DNA from: an uncultured Chthonomonadaceae bacterium
GTDB taxonomy: Bacteria > Armatimonadota > Chthonomonadetes > Chthonomonadales > Chthonomonadaceae
Direction of reading: 5' to 3'
Assembly: GCA_963817895.1 (NCBI GenBank)
Contig: CAWFQB010000001.1
Span: forward strand, 704,001-768,000
Length of the DNA stretch: 64,000 nucleotides
Part shown: piece after piece, positions 8,846 to 19,652 of the stretch
Position numbering within the stretch: position 1 is the stretch's first letter
Layout of the letters: every line of letters starts with the position of its first letter
The notes under the pieces: generated by a model
Database searches by the model: none
What the model was told of the DNA's origin: nothing
The model's input: the letters and a program-made list of their open reading frames with translations, nothing else
Program-made: the position numbers and the translations under genes

Positions 8846-10078
8846 TCACGAGGATAACAGAGGTGGCGGCGAGGCGGGACGCGCGAACAGGTAGCCCTGC
8901 GCGAAGTGAGCGCCATGCGCCCGCAGCCATTCCCATTCCGCCTCGGTTTCCACGCCTTCAGCAACGACCTGCATATCCAATTCGCAGGCGGTTTCCACCA
9001 ATTTACGCACAATCAGCGCCTTGCCCGCGTCCGCGTGAACGTTTCGTATCAACTCCCGGTCCAGTTTCACGAAATCCGGGCGTACTTCCAGCAGTACCGA
9101 CAGGGAAGAGTAACCGGAACCTACATCGTCCAGCGCAACGCCGAAGCCCTTTTCGCGATAAAAGGCGACGATGCGCTTCAAATGCGCTATTTCCGGCAGC
9201 CGTTCGCTTTCAACAATCTCGAACACGATCTGTTCGCGGCGGAATTTCAATTCATCCACCATCTGCACGGTGCTGTCCAGACAGGAATACGGGTTATATA
9301 TGGCGTTGGGAGAGAAATTGACGAAAATGCGCGTGGAAATACGATGCTCCGCCGCGCCCATCAGAGCCGCGCGCCGCGCCGCCAAATCCAATTGGAATAG
9401 CAAGTCCGCGCTTCTTGCCAGTTCAAACATCGCGCCGGGAAATATGACCTGTCCATCCACGCGCCCGCGCAGCAGGCACTCATAGGCGTAGACATTGGGC
9501 GCGCGCAACTCCTGTTCGCTTTGCGGACAGCGCACAATCGGCTGAAACACGCTGAAAAGCCTGTTCTCGCGGAGTACATCAAGAAGCCAATCACTTTGGG
9601 CCTGGCTGGCGAAATCCGGCAGAGCTTCGATCTCAAAATAGTCTGCGGCCTGCGGCAGTTCCCCGGCGGGCTGGAAAAAGGCGCGCGCGTCTCGTTGCTC
9701 CGTATAAGACAGTCGTTCCATAATCGGCGTCAGCAGGGGCGCAAGGCTGCCGACAGGCGCGTCAATGCGCAGGGTTCCATCCTGTTCCTGATGCTGCCAG
9801 GGCGAATCAGCGAGATAGCTGAGAATTTTGCCGAGCGAAAACGTGTGCGGCAGGCGCAAATGCAGCGTTCCCGGCCCGCGAATAGGTATGGGCAGCACTT
9901 CGCACCGCTGACAGCCGGGTTTGCCGACCAAAACATCTTCCCGATTAGGAAGCGTCATGCCGTGATGAATGCCCTCCAGCGCCTCCGCTTTCTGGTGTTC
10001 CTCGACCGGTTCGGGAGGCACATCGCCGTTGCGATACAAAATCTCATCCGCTTGCAGTTTAATGGAGGGTTCGCTCAT
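8846..10078 (-). CDS. EAL-domain c-di-GMP phosphodiesterase
   Basis: FQPIV, YECLLR, FVNFSP, FEIVES, ALDDVGSGYSSL, DFVKLD, AEGVET, QGYLFARP; N-terminal CQRC. Confidence 0.93.
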   Translation of the reverse strand: MSEPSIKLQADEILYRNGDVPPEPVEEHQKAEALEGIHHGMTLPNREDVLVGKPGCQRCEVLPIPIRGPGTLHLRLPHTFSLGKILSYLADSPWQHQEQDGTLRIDAPVGSLAPLLTPIMERLSYTEQRDARAFFQPAGELPQAADYFEIEALPDFASQAQSDWLLDVLRENRLFSVFQPIVRCPQSEQELRAPNVYAYECLLRGRVDGQVIFPGAMFELARSADLLFQLDLAARRAALMGAAEHRISTRIFVNFSPNAIYNPYSCLDSTVQMVDELKFRREQIVFEIVESERLPEIAHLKRIVAFYREKGFGVALDDVGSGYSSLSVLLEVRPDFVKLDRELIRNVHADAGKALIVRKLVETACELDMQVVAEGVETEAEWEWLRAHGAHFAQGYLFARPASPPPLLSS

Positions 10079-10292
10079 GGCTGAAAATCCTGTGCACAGG
10101 GATATAAGACACAGATGATAGCTTCTTCCCTGTCTCTTAACTGATGTACGAACGCCATTCCGTAAAAATGCGCGGTATATTCGTCTGCTTATTATCTCCC
10201 AATATCTTCAAATAATAAATAGGCTATTTGGCACTTGTGCTACTAGCCTTAAAGTTATAACGCTCGACATTAAGTGCGCTATGCGCATTTAT

Positions 10293-11222
10293 CTACTTTG
10301 GTTTGGAAGCAATCGCCATCAGCGACTCAAAATGGGGTGCTTCGAGGGCGCGATCCACGACGGATATAGCTATCTGCTGAAAACCGGCCTGCGTCAGCAG
10401 AGTCAGCAGTTCCACCTGTGAAAAGCCGGGCCAAACGTCGGCGTACAATTCCCGTGCCGCCTCGAAATCGTGTTTGAGCAGGTCCAGCAATGCGATACGC
10501 CCGCCCGGACGCAGAATACGATATGCTTCCGCAAGCGCCTGCTGTGGATGCAGGGCATGATGCAGCGACTGGTGCATCAGCGCCATATCCACTTCTCCAT
10601 CGGCAAGTGGCAGTTCTTCCATATCGCCAATCCGGTATTCCAGATTGGCAATACCGTTGCGCTCCGCCAGCCCACGCCCGTATTCGGCCATTTTTTCAGA
10701 ACTGTCTACGGCAATCACGCGCTCCGCTGTTTGCGCGAGGAGCAGGGCAAGCGTACCCTCCCCCGCGCCCAGATCGGCGATTACAAGGGGTGGCAACAGG
10801 CGCAGCAGCATTTCCGACAGCGCTTTCCAACTGCGTCCCGGCACGTAATCGCGCCCGAAACGTCCGGCCAGCGTATCGAAGTAGTTGCGCAAATGGTCTT
10901 TGCGGCGGTTAAGGACAAGGCGCAAACCGGCATCGTCGTGTTCGCTCTCCGCAATCTCGTCCGCGCTTTTCGCCAATGCTTCCTCAAGCAGAAGTTGCGC
11001 GCCGGGTGGCGGCGCAAGGCGGTACAGGCTTTTCTGGCCGACGCGGCGAACGTCCACGCAGCCCGCCTGTTTCAACTGCGAAAGCTGCATGGAGATACGG
11101 CTTTGCCCCATGCCCAGTATCTCCTGTAGTTCCGCCACGCTGAGTTCTTCCCGCGCCAGCAGCCGCAGTATCCGAAGACGCGCCGGGTCGCCAAGCGCGC
11201 GAAGCAGTTTCAAAATTTCCAT
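10293..11222 (-). CDS. sahR: ArsR-family regulator fused to a SAM-methyltransferase domain (SahR-type)
   Basis: ArsR HTH (ALGDPARLRILRLL...QSRISMQLSQLK) plus DLGAGEG motif I; divergent from ahcY. Confidence 0.88.
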   Translation of the reverse strand: MEILKLLRALGDPARLRILRLLAREELSVAELQEILGMGQSRISMQLSQLKQAGCVDVRRVGQKSLYRLAPPPGAQLLLEEALAKSADEIAESEHDDAGLRLVLNRRKDHLRNYFDTLAGRFGRDYVPGRSWKALSEMLLRLLPPLVIADLGAGEGTLALLLAQTAERVIAVDSSEKMAEYGRGLAERNGIANLEYRIGDMEELPLADGEVDMALMHQSLHHALHPQQALAEAYRILRPGGRIALLDLLKHDFEAARELYADVWPGFSQVELLTLLTQAGFQQIAISVVDRALEAPHFESLMAIASKPK

Positions 11223-11248
11223 GCCCCTATTATAGGCTGAAAAAAATA

Positions 11249-11280
11249 AAATATCAAGGTATACAGATTCCTTGATATTT
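11249..11280. promoter_or_regulatory. Palindromic operator between sahR and ahcY
   Basis: Perfect 11-bp inverted repeat AAATATCAAGG-N10-CCTTGATATTT between two divergent TATAAT boxes. Confidence 0.7.
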
Positions 11281-11312
11281 GTGATATAATAGTGTTTGGA
11301 GGAAAGTTAAAA

Positions 11313-12770
11313 ATGACAACGCTTGAAGTTCGACCCAATGCCAATTTGATTCACGAGATTGACGCCCTGCCCTACAAAGTGGCGGATATGACGCTGGCCG
11401 CCTGGGGCCGCAAAGAGATTTCCGTAGCCGAACACGAGATGCCCGGCCTGATGTCCATTCGCCGCAAGTACGCGCAGGAAAAACCGCTGCTCGGCGTTCG
11501 CATCACGGGTTCGCTGCACATGACTATTCAGACCGCCGTTCTCATCGAAACCCTTGTGGAACTCGGCGCGAACGTGCGCTGGGCATCCTGCAATATCTTC
11601 TCCACGCAGGACCACGCGGCTGCCGCCATTGCCGAAGCGGGCATTCCCGTGTTCGCGTGGAAGGGCGAGTCGCTGGAAGAATACTGGTGGTGTACCGACC
11701 AGGCGCTGACGTTCCCCGGCGGCAAAGGCCCGCAGTTGATTGTGGACGATGGCGGCGACGCGACCCTGCTCATCCACAAAGGCTACGATCTGGAAAATGG
11801 CGACACGAGCTGGGTCAACAGCCCCTCGGAAAGCCACGAAGAAAAGGTCATCAAAGACCTGCTCAACAACGTTCACGCGGAAACGCCGCAGCGTTGGCAC
11901 ACCGTTGTCGCCGACTGGCGGGGCGTGTCGGAAGAGACGACAACGGGCGTTCACCGGCTGTACAAGATGCAGGAAGTGGGAACCCTCCTCGTTCCGGCCA
12001 TCAACGTCAACGACAGCGTGACCAAATCCAAGTTCGACAACCTGTACGGCTGCCGCGAGTCGCTCGTGGACGGCATCAAGCGGGCAACGGACGTGATGAT
12101 TTCCGGCAAAGTGGCGGTTGTTTGCGGCTATGGCGATGTCGGTAAAGGCTCCGCGCAATCCCTGCGTCACAACGGGGCGCGCGTGATTGTCACCGAGGTT
12201 GATCCCATCAACGCGCTTCAGGCGGCGATGGAGGGCTACCAGGTCACGACGGTCGAAGACACGCTCGGTTGGGCCGACATCTATGTCACGACAACAGGCA
12301 ACGTGGACATCATTCGCCTGGAACATATCGAGAAGATGAAAGATCAGGCCATTGTCTGCAACATCGGCCACTTCGATAACGAAATCCAGATAGACAAACT
12401 CAACAACGCGCCGGGTGTGGTCAAACTCAACATCAAGCCGCAGGTGGACATGTACACGTTCCCGGCTGGCAACAGCATCTATATGCTGGCAGAAGGCCGA
12501 CTGGTAAACCTGGGTTGCGCGACGGGACACCCCTCGTTCGTCATGTCCAACAGCTTCGCCAACCAGACGCTGGCGCAAATTGACCTGTGGAACAACCGCG
12601 ACACGTATGCCGTAGGCGTGTACGTCCTGCCCAAGAAACTGGATGAGGAAGTGGCGCGGCTGCATCTGGAGAAAATCGGCGCGAAACTGACCGTTCTGAC
12701 GGACAAGCAGGCCGACTACATCGGCGTGTCCAAAGATGGCCCCTACAAGGCCGACACCTACCGCTACTAA
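11313..12770 (+). CDS. ahcY: S-adenosylhomocysteine hydrolase
   Basis: [64 protein letters not shown]. Confidence 0.99.
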   Translation: MTTLEVRPNANLIHEIDALPYKVADMTLAAWGRKEISVAEHEMPGLMSIRRKYAQEKPLLGVRITGSLHMTIQTAVLIETLVELGANVRWASCNIFSTQDHAAAAIAEAGIPVFAWKGESLEEYWWCTDQALTFPGGKGPQLIVDDGGDATLLIHKGYDLENGDTSWVNSPSESHEEKVIKDLLNNVHAETPQRWHTVVADWRGVSEETTTGVHRLYKMQEVGTLLVPAINVNDSVTKSKFDNLYGCRESLVDGIKRATDVMISGKVAVVCGYGDVGKGSAQSLRHNGARVIVTEVDPINALQAAMEGYQVTTVEDTLGWADIYVTTTGNVDIIRLEHIEKMKDQAIVCNIGHFDNEIQIDKLNNAPGVVKLNIKPQVDMYTFPAGNSIYMLAEGRLVNLGCATGHPSFVMSNSFANQTLAQIDLWNNRDTYAVGVYVLPKKLDEEVARLHLEKIGAKLTVLTDKQADYIGVSKDGPYKADTYRY

Positions 12771-12794
12771 ACTCTATAAAATAGAGCAAGCGTC

Positions 12795-12842
12795 AAAGCG
12801 CCCTGTATTTACCTCGGGTGAGGTTGAATACAGGGCGCTTTT
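12795..12842 (+). terminator. Intrinsic terminator after ahcY
   Basis: AAAGCGCCCTGTATT...AATACAGGGCGCTTTT hairpin. Confidence 0.85.
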
Positions 12843-12915
12843 CTATCAGGTTTGCAGGAGTATAGACGCGCAGGCGCGAACTATCACGCAGGAAGGACAG
12901 CCGGAGAACCGTTTT

Positions 12916-13476
12916 ATGCGGATTGACAATCCTGACGAGTTGCCGTACTATGTATTGGAGGGTGAGCGGCCTGTGCGGGTACGTTTTGCGCCGTTGGAGG
13001 CAGGCGATGAGAACTACATCAATGCTCAGTGGCATCTTTCCATCTTCTTTGATGTGTGGCAGCGCCTTGCGCAATACGAAATAGCGCAGCCAACTTCTTT
13101 GAAACTTGTTGCTGTTGAGAAACAAGATGATTCTATTTTGGGTCTGTTGCGTATGGGAGATAGCGCGTCTATACAGGTAACTTATGGCAAACTGAATACG
13201 CAATCCTTACTGGAAACCGCGCCGCACCTTCGGTATCAGAGCCGGGAGCGTGAATATCATGGTGTAGGCAAAGCGCTGATAGCGCGGTTAATTGCCGAAA
13301 GCATTTTGCGGGGGCAAGGCGGCAGCCTTGTAGTCTCTCCCAGACCGCAGGTTATCCCCTTTTACCGGCATCTCGGGTTTCAACCATTACGTAGAAACCC
13401 CAAACAGTTTTTCATTCGAGCCGAGGCCGGTCTGCTATTGCTGCAAAGCACTTTGATGGGAGACGAAGAGAAATGA
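12916..13476 (+). CDS. GNAT-family N-acetyltransferase
   Basis: LLETAP...EYHGVGKALIARL (acetyl-CoA motif A) and PFYRHLGF (motif B). Confidence 0.75.
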   Translation: MRIDNPDELPYYVLEGERPVRVRFAPLEAGDENYINAQWHLSIFFDVWQRLAQYEIAQPTSLKLVAVEKQDDSILGLLRMGDSASIQVTYGKLNTQSLLETAPHLRYQSREREYHGVGKALIARLIAESILRGQGGSLVVSPRPQVIPFYRHLGFQPLRRNPKQFFIRAEAGLLLLQSTLMGDEEK

Positions 13477-13778
13477 ATGCTGAAGAACGCGCTATTCTTG
13501 ACCGCACGAATCAATTAGTTCGGGAACTTCTGGACAGGGATTGGCTGGAAGCAGGAATGTCGCAGGAGGAATTGGATCAAAGTCGGCTGGTGACGCAACA
13601 GATGAACGCGGCATTGCGCGAAGGCTATTCTATGGATGAGGTTCTGGAGATGTTTGACTGCTTGCCTGATGAGGAAACATCAGAACAAAATCAGCCTGTC
13701 AACTGCTTTGCGAACCCGGCGCCAGCACAAACGAAACCGGGCAGGAACGGCGATGGGCATCCAGAAAGCCGACATTGA
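13473..13778 (+). CDS. Small acidic hypothetical protein, translationally coupled to the GNAT gene
   Basis: ATGA overlap at 13473-13476; 101 aa, D/E-rich. Confidence 0.7.
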   Translation: MNAEERAILDRTNQLVRELLDRDWLEAGMSQEELDQSRLVTQQMNAALREGYSMDEVLEMFDCLPDEETSEQNQPVNCFANPAPAQTKPGRNGDGHPESRH

Positions 13779-13867
13779 TTGACATGCCGACGATTATTGA
13801 AACGGCGGGCAACAAGCCCAAACGAAGATAAGCAATACAAAGGACGGGGAACTTGTTGGAATAGGCT

Positions 13868-15445
13868 CTAAATGCCTTTGGATAAGGACTGGCGGGCGAG
13901 TTCGCGCATTTCGGGGTCGTCAAGGGTCAGGACGCGCTGCCATTCCCAGCGGGCGTCGGCGCGGCGTCCGGCATGGGCGAGGGCTACGCCGAGATAATAG
14001 TGGGTTTGGGCATCATCGGCATCAATCACGAGGGCCTGCTTGAAAGCGGTGATGGCCTCCTCATACCGACCCGCATCATTCAGAAGATTCCCCAGATTGA
14101 ATCGTACATCAGTGTTGTTCGTGTCCAGTTTCGCGCCCTGTTGCAGGGCTTCAATGGCCTCCTCTTCCTCCCCCATTTCGCGCAGCATGTCGCCCAGGCT
14201 GCACCAGTAACGCGCATGTTCGGGCTGCAAACGGACGGCAGCGCGAAACGCTTCCAACGCCTCCTCCGGCTGATGGACATTGTCCAGCGAGATTGCCAGA
14301 TTATGATGCAGGCTGGCGCGATAAGGGTTGAGGTCCAGGGCCGTTTCGTACACGGCTATGGCTTCCTCATGCCGTTCCGCCAGATCGAGCGCGATGCCCA
14401 GATTGTCGAGAAAATCCGGGTCGTCGGGTTTCAGGGCAAGGGCGCGTTCGTGCGCGGCAATCGCTTCGTCGTACCGTTCCAACCGGGTGCAGCATAGCCC
14501 CGCGTTGAACCATGTATCGGGCAGGCTCTCCTTCAGGCGCAACGCCTCGCGGTACGCGGCAAGCGCGTCTTCATCGCGGTCAAGATCGCTCAACGCCGTG
14601 CCGATGTTGTTCCACGCCTGATCGGGGTTGTAATCGCAGCGAATAGCGTGTTGATACGCTTCGATGGCGTCCTCCCACTCTTCCCACTCGCTCAAAATGT
14701 TGCCCAATCGAAAAAACGCGCGTCCGTAATCCGGTCGGGCGCGAATCGCTTCCCGAAAAGCGTTGAACGCCTCCTTGAACTGCCCCTTTTCCTGCAAAAT
14801 GTCGCCGATGTTGAAATAGGCTCTGGCGTAGCCGGGGTTCAGGCGAATGGCCTCCTCGTATGCCTGCAACGCCGCATCCGTCCGTTCCAGATTGCGAAGC
14901 GCGACGCCCATGTTGTAGCACAGGCGGGCATCATCGGGCAGGCGGCTGCGCAGGTCCTCATACAGGGTGACGGCCTCTTCCGATTGCCCCGCTTCATCCA
15001 GAATAAACGCCATGTCTTGCAAGGCGGCATCGTCGTTGGAGTCGAGCCACAGCGCCTGCCGATAGGCCGAGATCGCTTCGGTTCGCTGTTCCAGTTCCGC
15101 GCAGGCGTATGCCAGCCGTTTCCAGTTATCCGCCGTCTGCGGCGCAAGGCGGGCGGCCTGCTCAAAAGCCTGCCGCGCTTCATCCAGCCGTCCCTGTGTG
15201 AGCAATGCGCCGCCCCACGCGCCCTGATAATCGGCGTTGTCCGGGGCCAGCCGAACGGCTTCCCGGTACGCCGCTTCCGCGTCTTCCCCGCGTTCCAGTT
15301 CCGTCAGCGCGTCGCCAAGATTGGCGTGACAGGCGGCATTGTCGGGAGTTTGCCGCGCCACTTCCGCCAGCATCGCCGCCGCGTCCGCGAACTGCTCCGC
15401 GTCCAGCGCTTCCAGCCCCCGTTTGTATAATTCGGCAGTGTCCAA
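13868..15445 (-). CDS. Tetratricopeptide-repeat protein
   Basis: Many 34-aa repeats such as AYFNIGDILQEKGQFKEAFNAFREAIRARPDY. Confidence 0.95.
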   Translation of the reverse strand: MDTAELYKRGLEALDAEQFADAAAMLAEVARQTPDNAACHANLGDALTELERGEDAEAAYREAVRLAPDNADYQGAWGGALLTQGRLDEARQAFEQAARLAPQTADNWKRLAYACAELEQRTEAISAYRQALWLDSNDDAALQDMAFILDEAGQSEEAVTLYEDLRSRLPDDARLCYNMGVALRNLERTDAALQAYEEAIRLNPGYARAYFNIGDILQEKGQFKEAFNAFREAIRARPDYGRAFFRLGNILSEWEEWEDAIEAYQHAIRCDYNPDQAWNNIGTALSDLDRDEDALAAYREALRLKESLPDTWFNAGLCCTRLERYDEAIAAHERALALKPDDPDFLDNLGIALDLAERHEEAIAVYETALDLNPYRASLHHNLAISLDNVHQPEEALEAFRAAVRLQPEHARYWCSLGDMLREMGEEEEAIEALQQGAKLDTNNTDVRFNLGNLLNDAGRYEEAITAFKQALVIDADDAQTHYYLGVALAHAGRRADARWEWQRVLTLDDPEMRELARQSLSKGI

Positions 15446-15503
15446 TGCAGGCTCCAGAACGAAGAAGGAAACAATTGTGGAAGGAAAGAATTGTGATGCG
15501 GCA

Positions 15504-16686
15504 TCAGGGAACCGGAGGCAAATTCAGCAGCGCAACCGCCTGTGCGCGAAACTCCTCCCCGGTCGGTTTCCGATGATGACGCTTTTGAAAATCCGCGATA
15601 TACTGCTGCGATTGCCGATAAAATCGCTGGTGCGTGTAATAGATAGGCTGCTTCTCATTATGATCGTCTATCAGCCAGAAGCCTTTTTGCTTGCCGTCTG
15701 CTGTGACTTCATTATTAAACAATTCCCAGTAGAGTATAAACGGACATCCCCATTTCAGCCCTGTTCGCATCACCTGACGCGAACGCTCTTCCTGCGCGGC
15801 GGGCGAACTTCCCAGAGCGGGAAAGCCGTATTCGCCGATGAAGACCCGCTTGCCCGAAATGCCCGATTTTCGCGGCAGACGCGCCTCGATATAATCCAGT
15901 GATTTGGGCAGATTGACAGCGATGTCGCCGTTGAGCGCGTCATAGGAGGAGTAGGAGACATAATCCACGTTTGTTTTCGGCAGCACAGCATTTGTCAGGC
16001 GGGTTTTCCCCTGCATGGCATCTACGACGCGGTTCACTTCCAGATAATAGTAAACCTCTACGGACTTGTGCGGGGTTGCCCGTTTCGCATCGTCTACGGC
16101 CTTCTGCCGGGTATTCACCCACGCAATCATATTCTGGACATCCTCGCCCGTCGGAATGTAGTTCGGGTCCGTGTGAGTGAGGTGCCAGTCTCCTTCCCAA
16201 TTGCCCAGATAAAAACGCTTTCCCGTCCCCGTATAGGTTTTCAGCAGGTAACAGGTCAGGTCATACATCTCCGCATATTCGCTTTTGAGCGAGGCCGGGA
16301 GGAAGCGATTGGCTTCAGTGGAGATCGGATAGACCCACAACAGATAGTGGGAAAAGGGCATTTCCAGAGTAGTTTTCACCGACATAGCGTTCTGAGCCGT
16401 TTCCGTCAGATTTTTGGGCTTGATGTTGTCGCTTTTGTTCGGGACGAGCGCGAACTTGATGGTGTTTGACCCCATGCCGAGAATAGCGCTGCGCCGCTTC
16501 CACCAGAGCCGGGGCAGTTGTAAACTGATAGCTTCCCCCTATAGCCTGCGTACCCAGAACATAGTTATAGTCATCCGCGCTCATCGCCGTCTGCTGTGCT
16601 TTGCGTTCACTTTGTCCCGGAGCCGATGCCTGCCATAGCGCCAGCAGAAACGCGCAGAGTATCGGCATTAGCAGATATTTCTTCAT
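15504..16686 (-). CDS. Secreted protein, possible TIM-barrel glycoside hydrolase (frameshift near 16490)
   Basis: Signal peptide MKKYLLMPILCAFLLALWQASA; frames join as LVEAAQ-AILGMGSNTIKF; GNWEGDW and FIGEYGF resemble GH-A catalytic glutamate contexts. Confidence 0.6.
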
Positions 16687-16736
16687 TATTCAGCTTTCAT
16701 CCTGCAATTCTGCTCTGTGATTCTGACCTATGAGGC

Positions 16737-17372
16737 TTATGAGGTAAGGAGAACGGCAAGGGTATCGAACTCGTTTGGGCGCGGGTCGTTCAAAATCCAC
16801 TCTGCCTGCAATGTCAAGCCACCCAAACTTTGGAAGGCGACAGTGCCAGAAGTAATGATCGTCTGGTCATAAACCGTTTCGTTCAGGCGTAACTGGCGTA
16901 TCTCGCCTTTCCGCAGATTAATAAAAACCAGTTCCGGTACGCCCATGCGCAGGTAATAGGCTTCAAGAGCGCGTAAATCGGAGGGGCGGTCATTCGAAAC
17001 AATCTCAATTACAAGGTCGGGCGCGCCGTAAACAGCCTTTTGCCGCATGATATGGCTGCGCTCTTGTCGCACAAACAACAAATCAGGCATCCGCCCGCCA
17101 AAGCCGTCAATCTGCACCATGATACGCGAACTCAGCATTTCGCCCAGGCCGCGCTGTTTGGCATACATGCCTGCAACATGATAAAGCCAGGCCATGCACC
17201 GTTCGTGATCCAGTTGTACCACTGCCTCTTTCTCCACAATCACGCCGTCCACGAGTTCAAGCCATTGCCCTTCAGCCATGTCAAGAAAGCGTTCAAACGG
17301 AATGGGACGATCCGCGACGTGAACCACGCGGCCTTCCACCATCTGCTCGGTTTCCATCAGAATGTCTGTCAT
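16737..17372 (-). CDS. Uma2-family (DUF820) PD-(D/E)xK protein
   Basis: ELVDGVIV, RMPDLLFV, APDLVIEIVS. Confidence 0.9.
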   Translation of the reverse strand: MTDILMETEQMVEGRVVHVADRPIPFERFLDMAEGQWLELVDGVIVEKEAVVQLDHERCMAWLYHVAGMYAKQRGLGEMLSSRIMVQIDGFGGRMPDLLFVRQERSHIMRQKAVYGAPDLVIEIVSNDRPSDLRALEAYYLRMGVPELVFINLRKGEIRQLRLNETVYDQTIITSGTVAFQSLGGLTLQAEWILNDPRPNEFDTLAVLLTS

Positions 17373-17414
17373 TGCAAACCTCCGATACTCTGCGCTTAAC
17401 ACTGCTATCAACCA

Positions 17415-17613
17415 TTATAGCACAGGGCCAGAATACTCCAACCCTTCGCCATAATAGTCGGCATTGCCCGGTTCCAGTTACGCGGCCTGCCAATACGCAC
17501 GTTCCGCCTTTTCCGTTCGCTCCAACTCGGCCAGTGTATCTCTCAGGTTCGCATGACACTCCGCGTTTTAGGGACTTTGCCGCGCCCTCCGCCAGCATCG
17601 CCGTCGCGTCTGT
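17415..17613 (-). pseudogene. Decayed TPR gene fragment paralogous to the N-terminus of 13868..15445
   Basis: Reads DATAMLAE/ARQSP*NAECHANLRDTLAELERTEKAERAYWQAA*LEPGNADY versus DAAAMLAEVARQTPDNAACHANLGDALTELERGEDAEAAYREAVRLAPDNADY; two stops and one frameshift. Confidence 0.8.
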
Positions 17614-17755
17614 GGGAGATAAATGAAAGTATATATGATAGAAAAACTCAGTCGGCAGGATTTAGAGATAGCCAGAGCGAAACTAATTTAGAAGCACATA
17701 ATGATCTACATTCCACCGCCAATCAAGAAGATTTAATTCAAGAAAGGAAATTACA

Positions 17756-19572
17756 ATGACCAATTTGGCCGACATTTCTTTGAAAGTTCGCAATTACAAG
17801 TGCTTTGCTTCTGAGGAACAAGGGTATGAGAGAATCCTGCCTATCAATTTGATCATTGGACGCAATAACACTGGAAAATCAGCTCTGCTGGAGATTGTTG
17901 GTCATGTTATTTCTAACGCCGATCTGCGGCGTTATAGCTTCAAAGGACAAGAACCTCAAATTCTATTATCTGCGCCTCTAAGGCAAATCGAAATAAATCA
18001 GGTAATAGACCATGTTCGTCAGGGCAATCTTGATGTGAATAATGAACATCAGTTCTTAACGGATATTCGTACTTCTCGCATCCAGTGGACATGCCGACTC
18101 CAAGATGCCATAAACGTTGTTTTTCAACCTTCCCTTAGCCATTACTTCAGATCACAGGAACAACATAGTAATCATCTGAATTTTTTTGTAAATCCAATTA
18201 AAAGACCTTTCGGAGGCTTAAAGTTCCGACGCCTCTCTCCTGATAGAGACATCAAGCCAGAAGTAGATGCAGACATCAATTACGATGCTGAAGTACCCGA
18301 CAAGTACCTGAATGCAAATGGCACTATGGCAACAACACTATTTCAGCAATTCCTTAATCGAGAGGACCTTCCACGTGAACTTGTGGAAAAAACGATTCTT
18401 GATAACTTGAATCTTATATTTTCTCCTGATGGTTATTTTACTCGGATTTTTGTACGTCAAATCGTCGTTACTTCTGACCACCGTAACAAGCAATGGGAGA
18501 TCGATTTAGAGGAAAAAGATAAGGGCAGTGTTCGTGTAACTGATTCCGGACACGGGTTGAAAACTATTTTATTAGTTTTAGCGAACCTCTTTCTGGTCCC
18601 AAGATTTTTAGGGCATCCACTTCATGAATTCATTTTTGGCTTCGAAGAATTAGAAAACAACATGCACCCAGCACTTTATCGCAGATTGCTGATGTATTTG
18701 CGAGACAAAGTTAAAGAAGAAGGTTGTCACATCATCCTAACTAGCCACTCGCACGTTGCCATTGACCTTTCCGTCCGAGAAAAGGATATAGCACAAATTC
18801 TACATGTCACTCACAATGGTGAGTATGCTGAGGTGCAAACGGTTACAGACTATATGCATCACCGCAAAATTCTGGATGAACTTGATGTACGTGCCAGTGA
18901 CCTACTTCAGTCAAACTGTGTAGTTTGGGTAGAAGGTCCCTCAGATAGATTGTACTTCAACCGATGGATGGAACTTTTCAGCGACGACAAGTTGAAGGAG
19001 GGCGTTCATTACCAATGTACCTTCTACGGCGGCAAGTTGCTATCTCAACTAGAGGCGATTGATCCCTGGCATGACACCGATGCTGAAGACGCCACAGATC
19101 TTGTGAACCTCATGAAAATAAATAAACATGCCATCGTGTTGATGGACTCAGATCAAAGGACAGCCGACTCCTTTATAAACACTACCAAGCAGCGAATAGT
19201 CGAGCAAATTACAGAAATGCAAGGTCTTGCCTGGGTAACAGAGGGGCGTGAAGTCGAAAACTACCTTCCCCAGGAGGCACTAGAGAAAATGTTTACTGGG
19301 CATTCACTTCAACCACTGGCGCAGTATGAAGATATAAAGGACTTTCTTGACAATAATGTTAAAGAAAGTCCTAAACGTAGTTCAGAAAAAATCCTGATAA
19401 ATTACCTGTCGGGGTAGGCAAGCGCTTCGAGGAGGACAAAGTAGGTTTTGCTCGCCGTATCTGCCCCCATCTCAATATGAAAAATCTTTCCACTCACTTG
19501 GACATAAAAACCCAGATGGAAGAGGTATGTGACCTGATTCGCAAATGGAACAAGGTAAGAGAAGGTTCATAG
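17756..19572 (+). CDS. OLD-family ATP-dependent nuclease (ABC ATPase + TOPRIM); frameshift near the A-run at ~19388
   Basis: NYKCF, GRNNTGKS, GHGLKT, FEELENNMHP, TSHS, VWVEGPSD, DSD; the C-terminus continues in another frame as KVGFARRICPHL...LIRKWNKVREGS*; visibly AT-richer than its flanks. Confidence 0.85.
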
Positions 19573-19652
19573 ATTGAGTTTACCGTTCATCCACACGAGC
19601 GCCACCGTTCTACCTCGCTTTCCTCAATTTGCCTCATGCCCATTGATCTAAA

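Noticed and set aside
11223..11312. SAH or SAM riboswitch upstream of ahcY
   Set aside because: The intergenic space is only 90 nt and holds promoter boxes and a DNA palindrome; no aptamer consensus is visible.
11307..12665. Long antisense ORFs over ahcY and other genes (also 23025-23915, 33039-34202, 39668-40771, 46560-47498)
   Set aside because: Shadow ORFs expected from GC-rich codon usage opposite well-supported genes; no motifs.
2036..19572. Gabija system formed by the UvrD-type helicase and the OLD nuclease
   Set aside because: The genes are 13 kb apart on opposite strands with different base composition, and the helicase is AddA-like.
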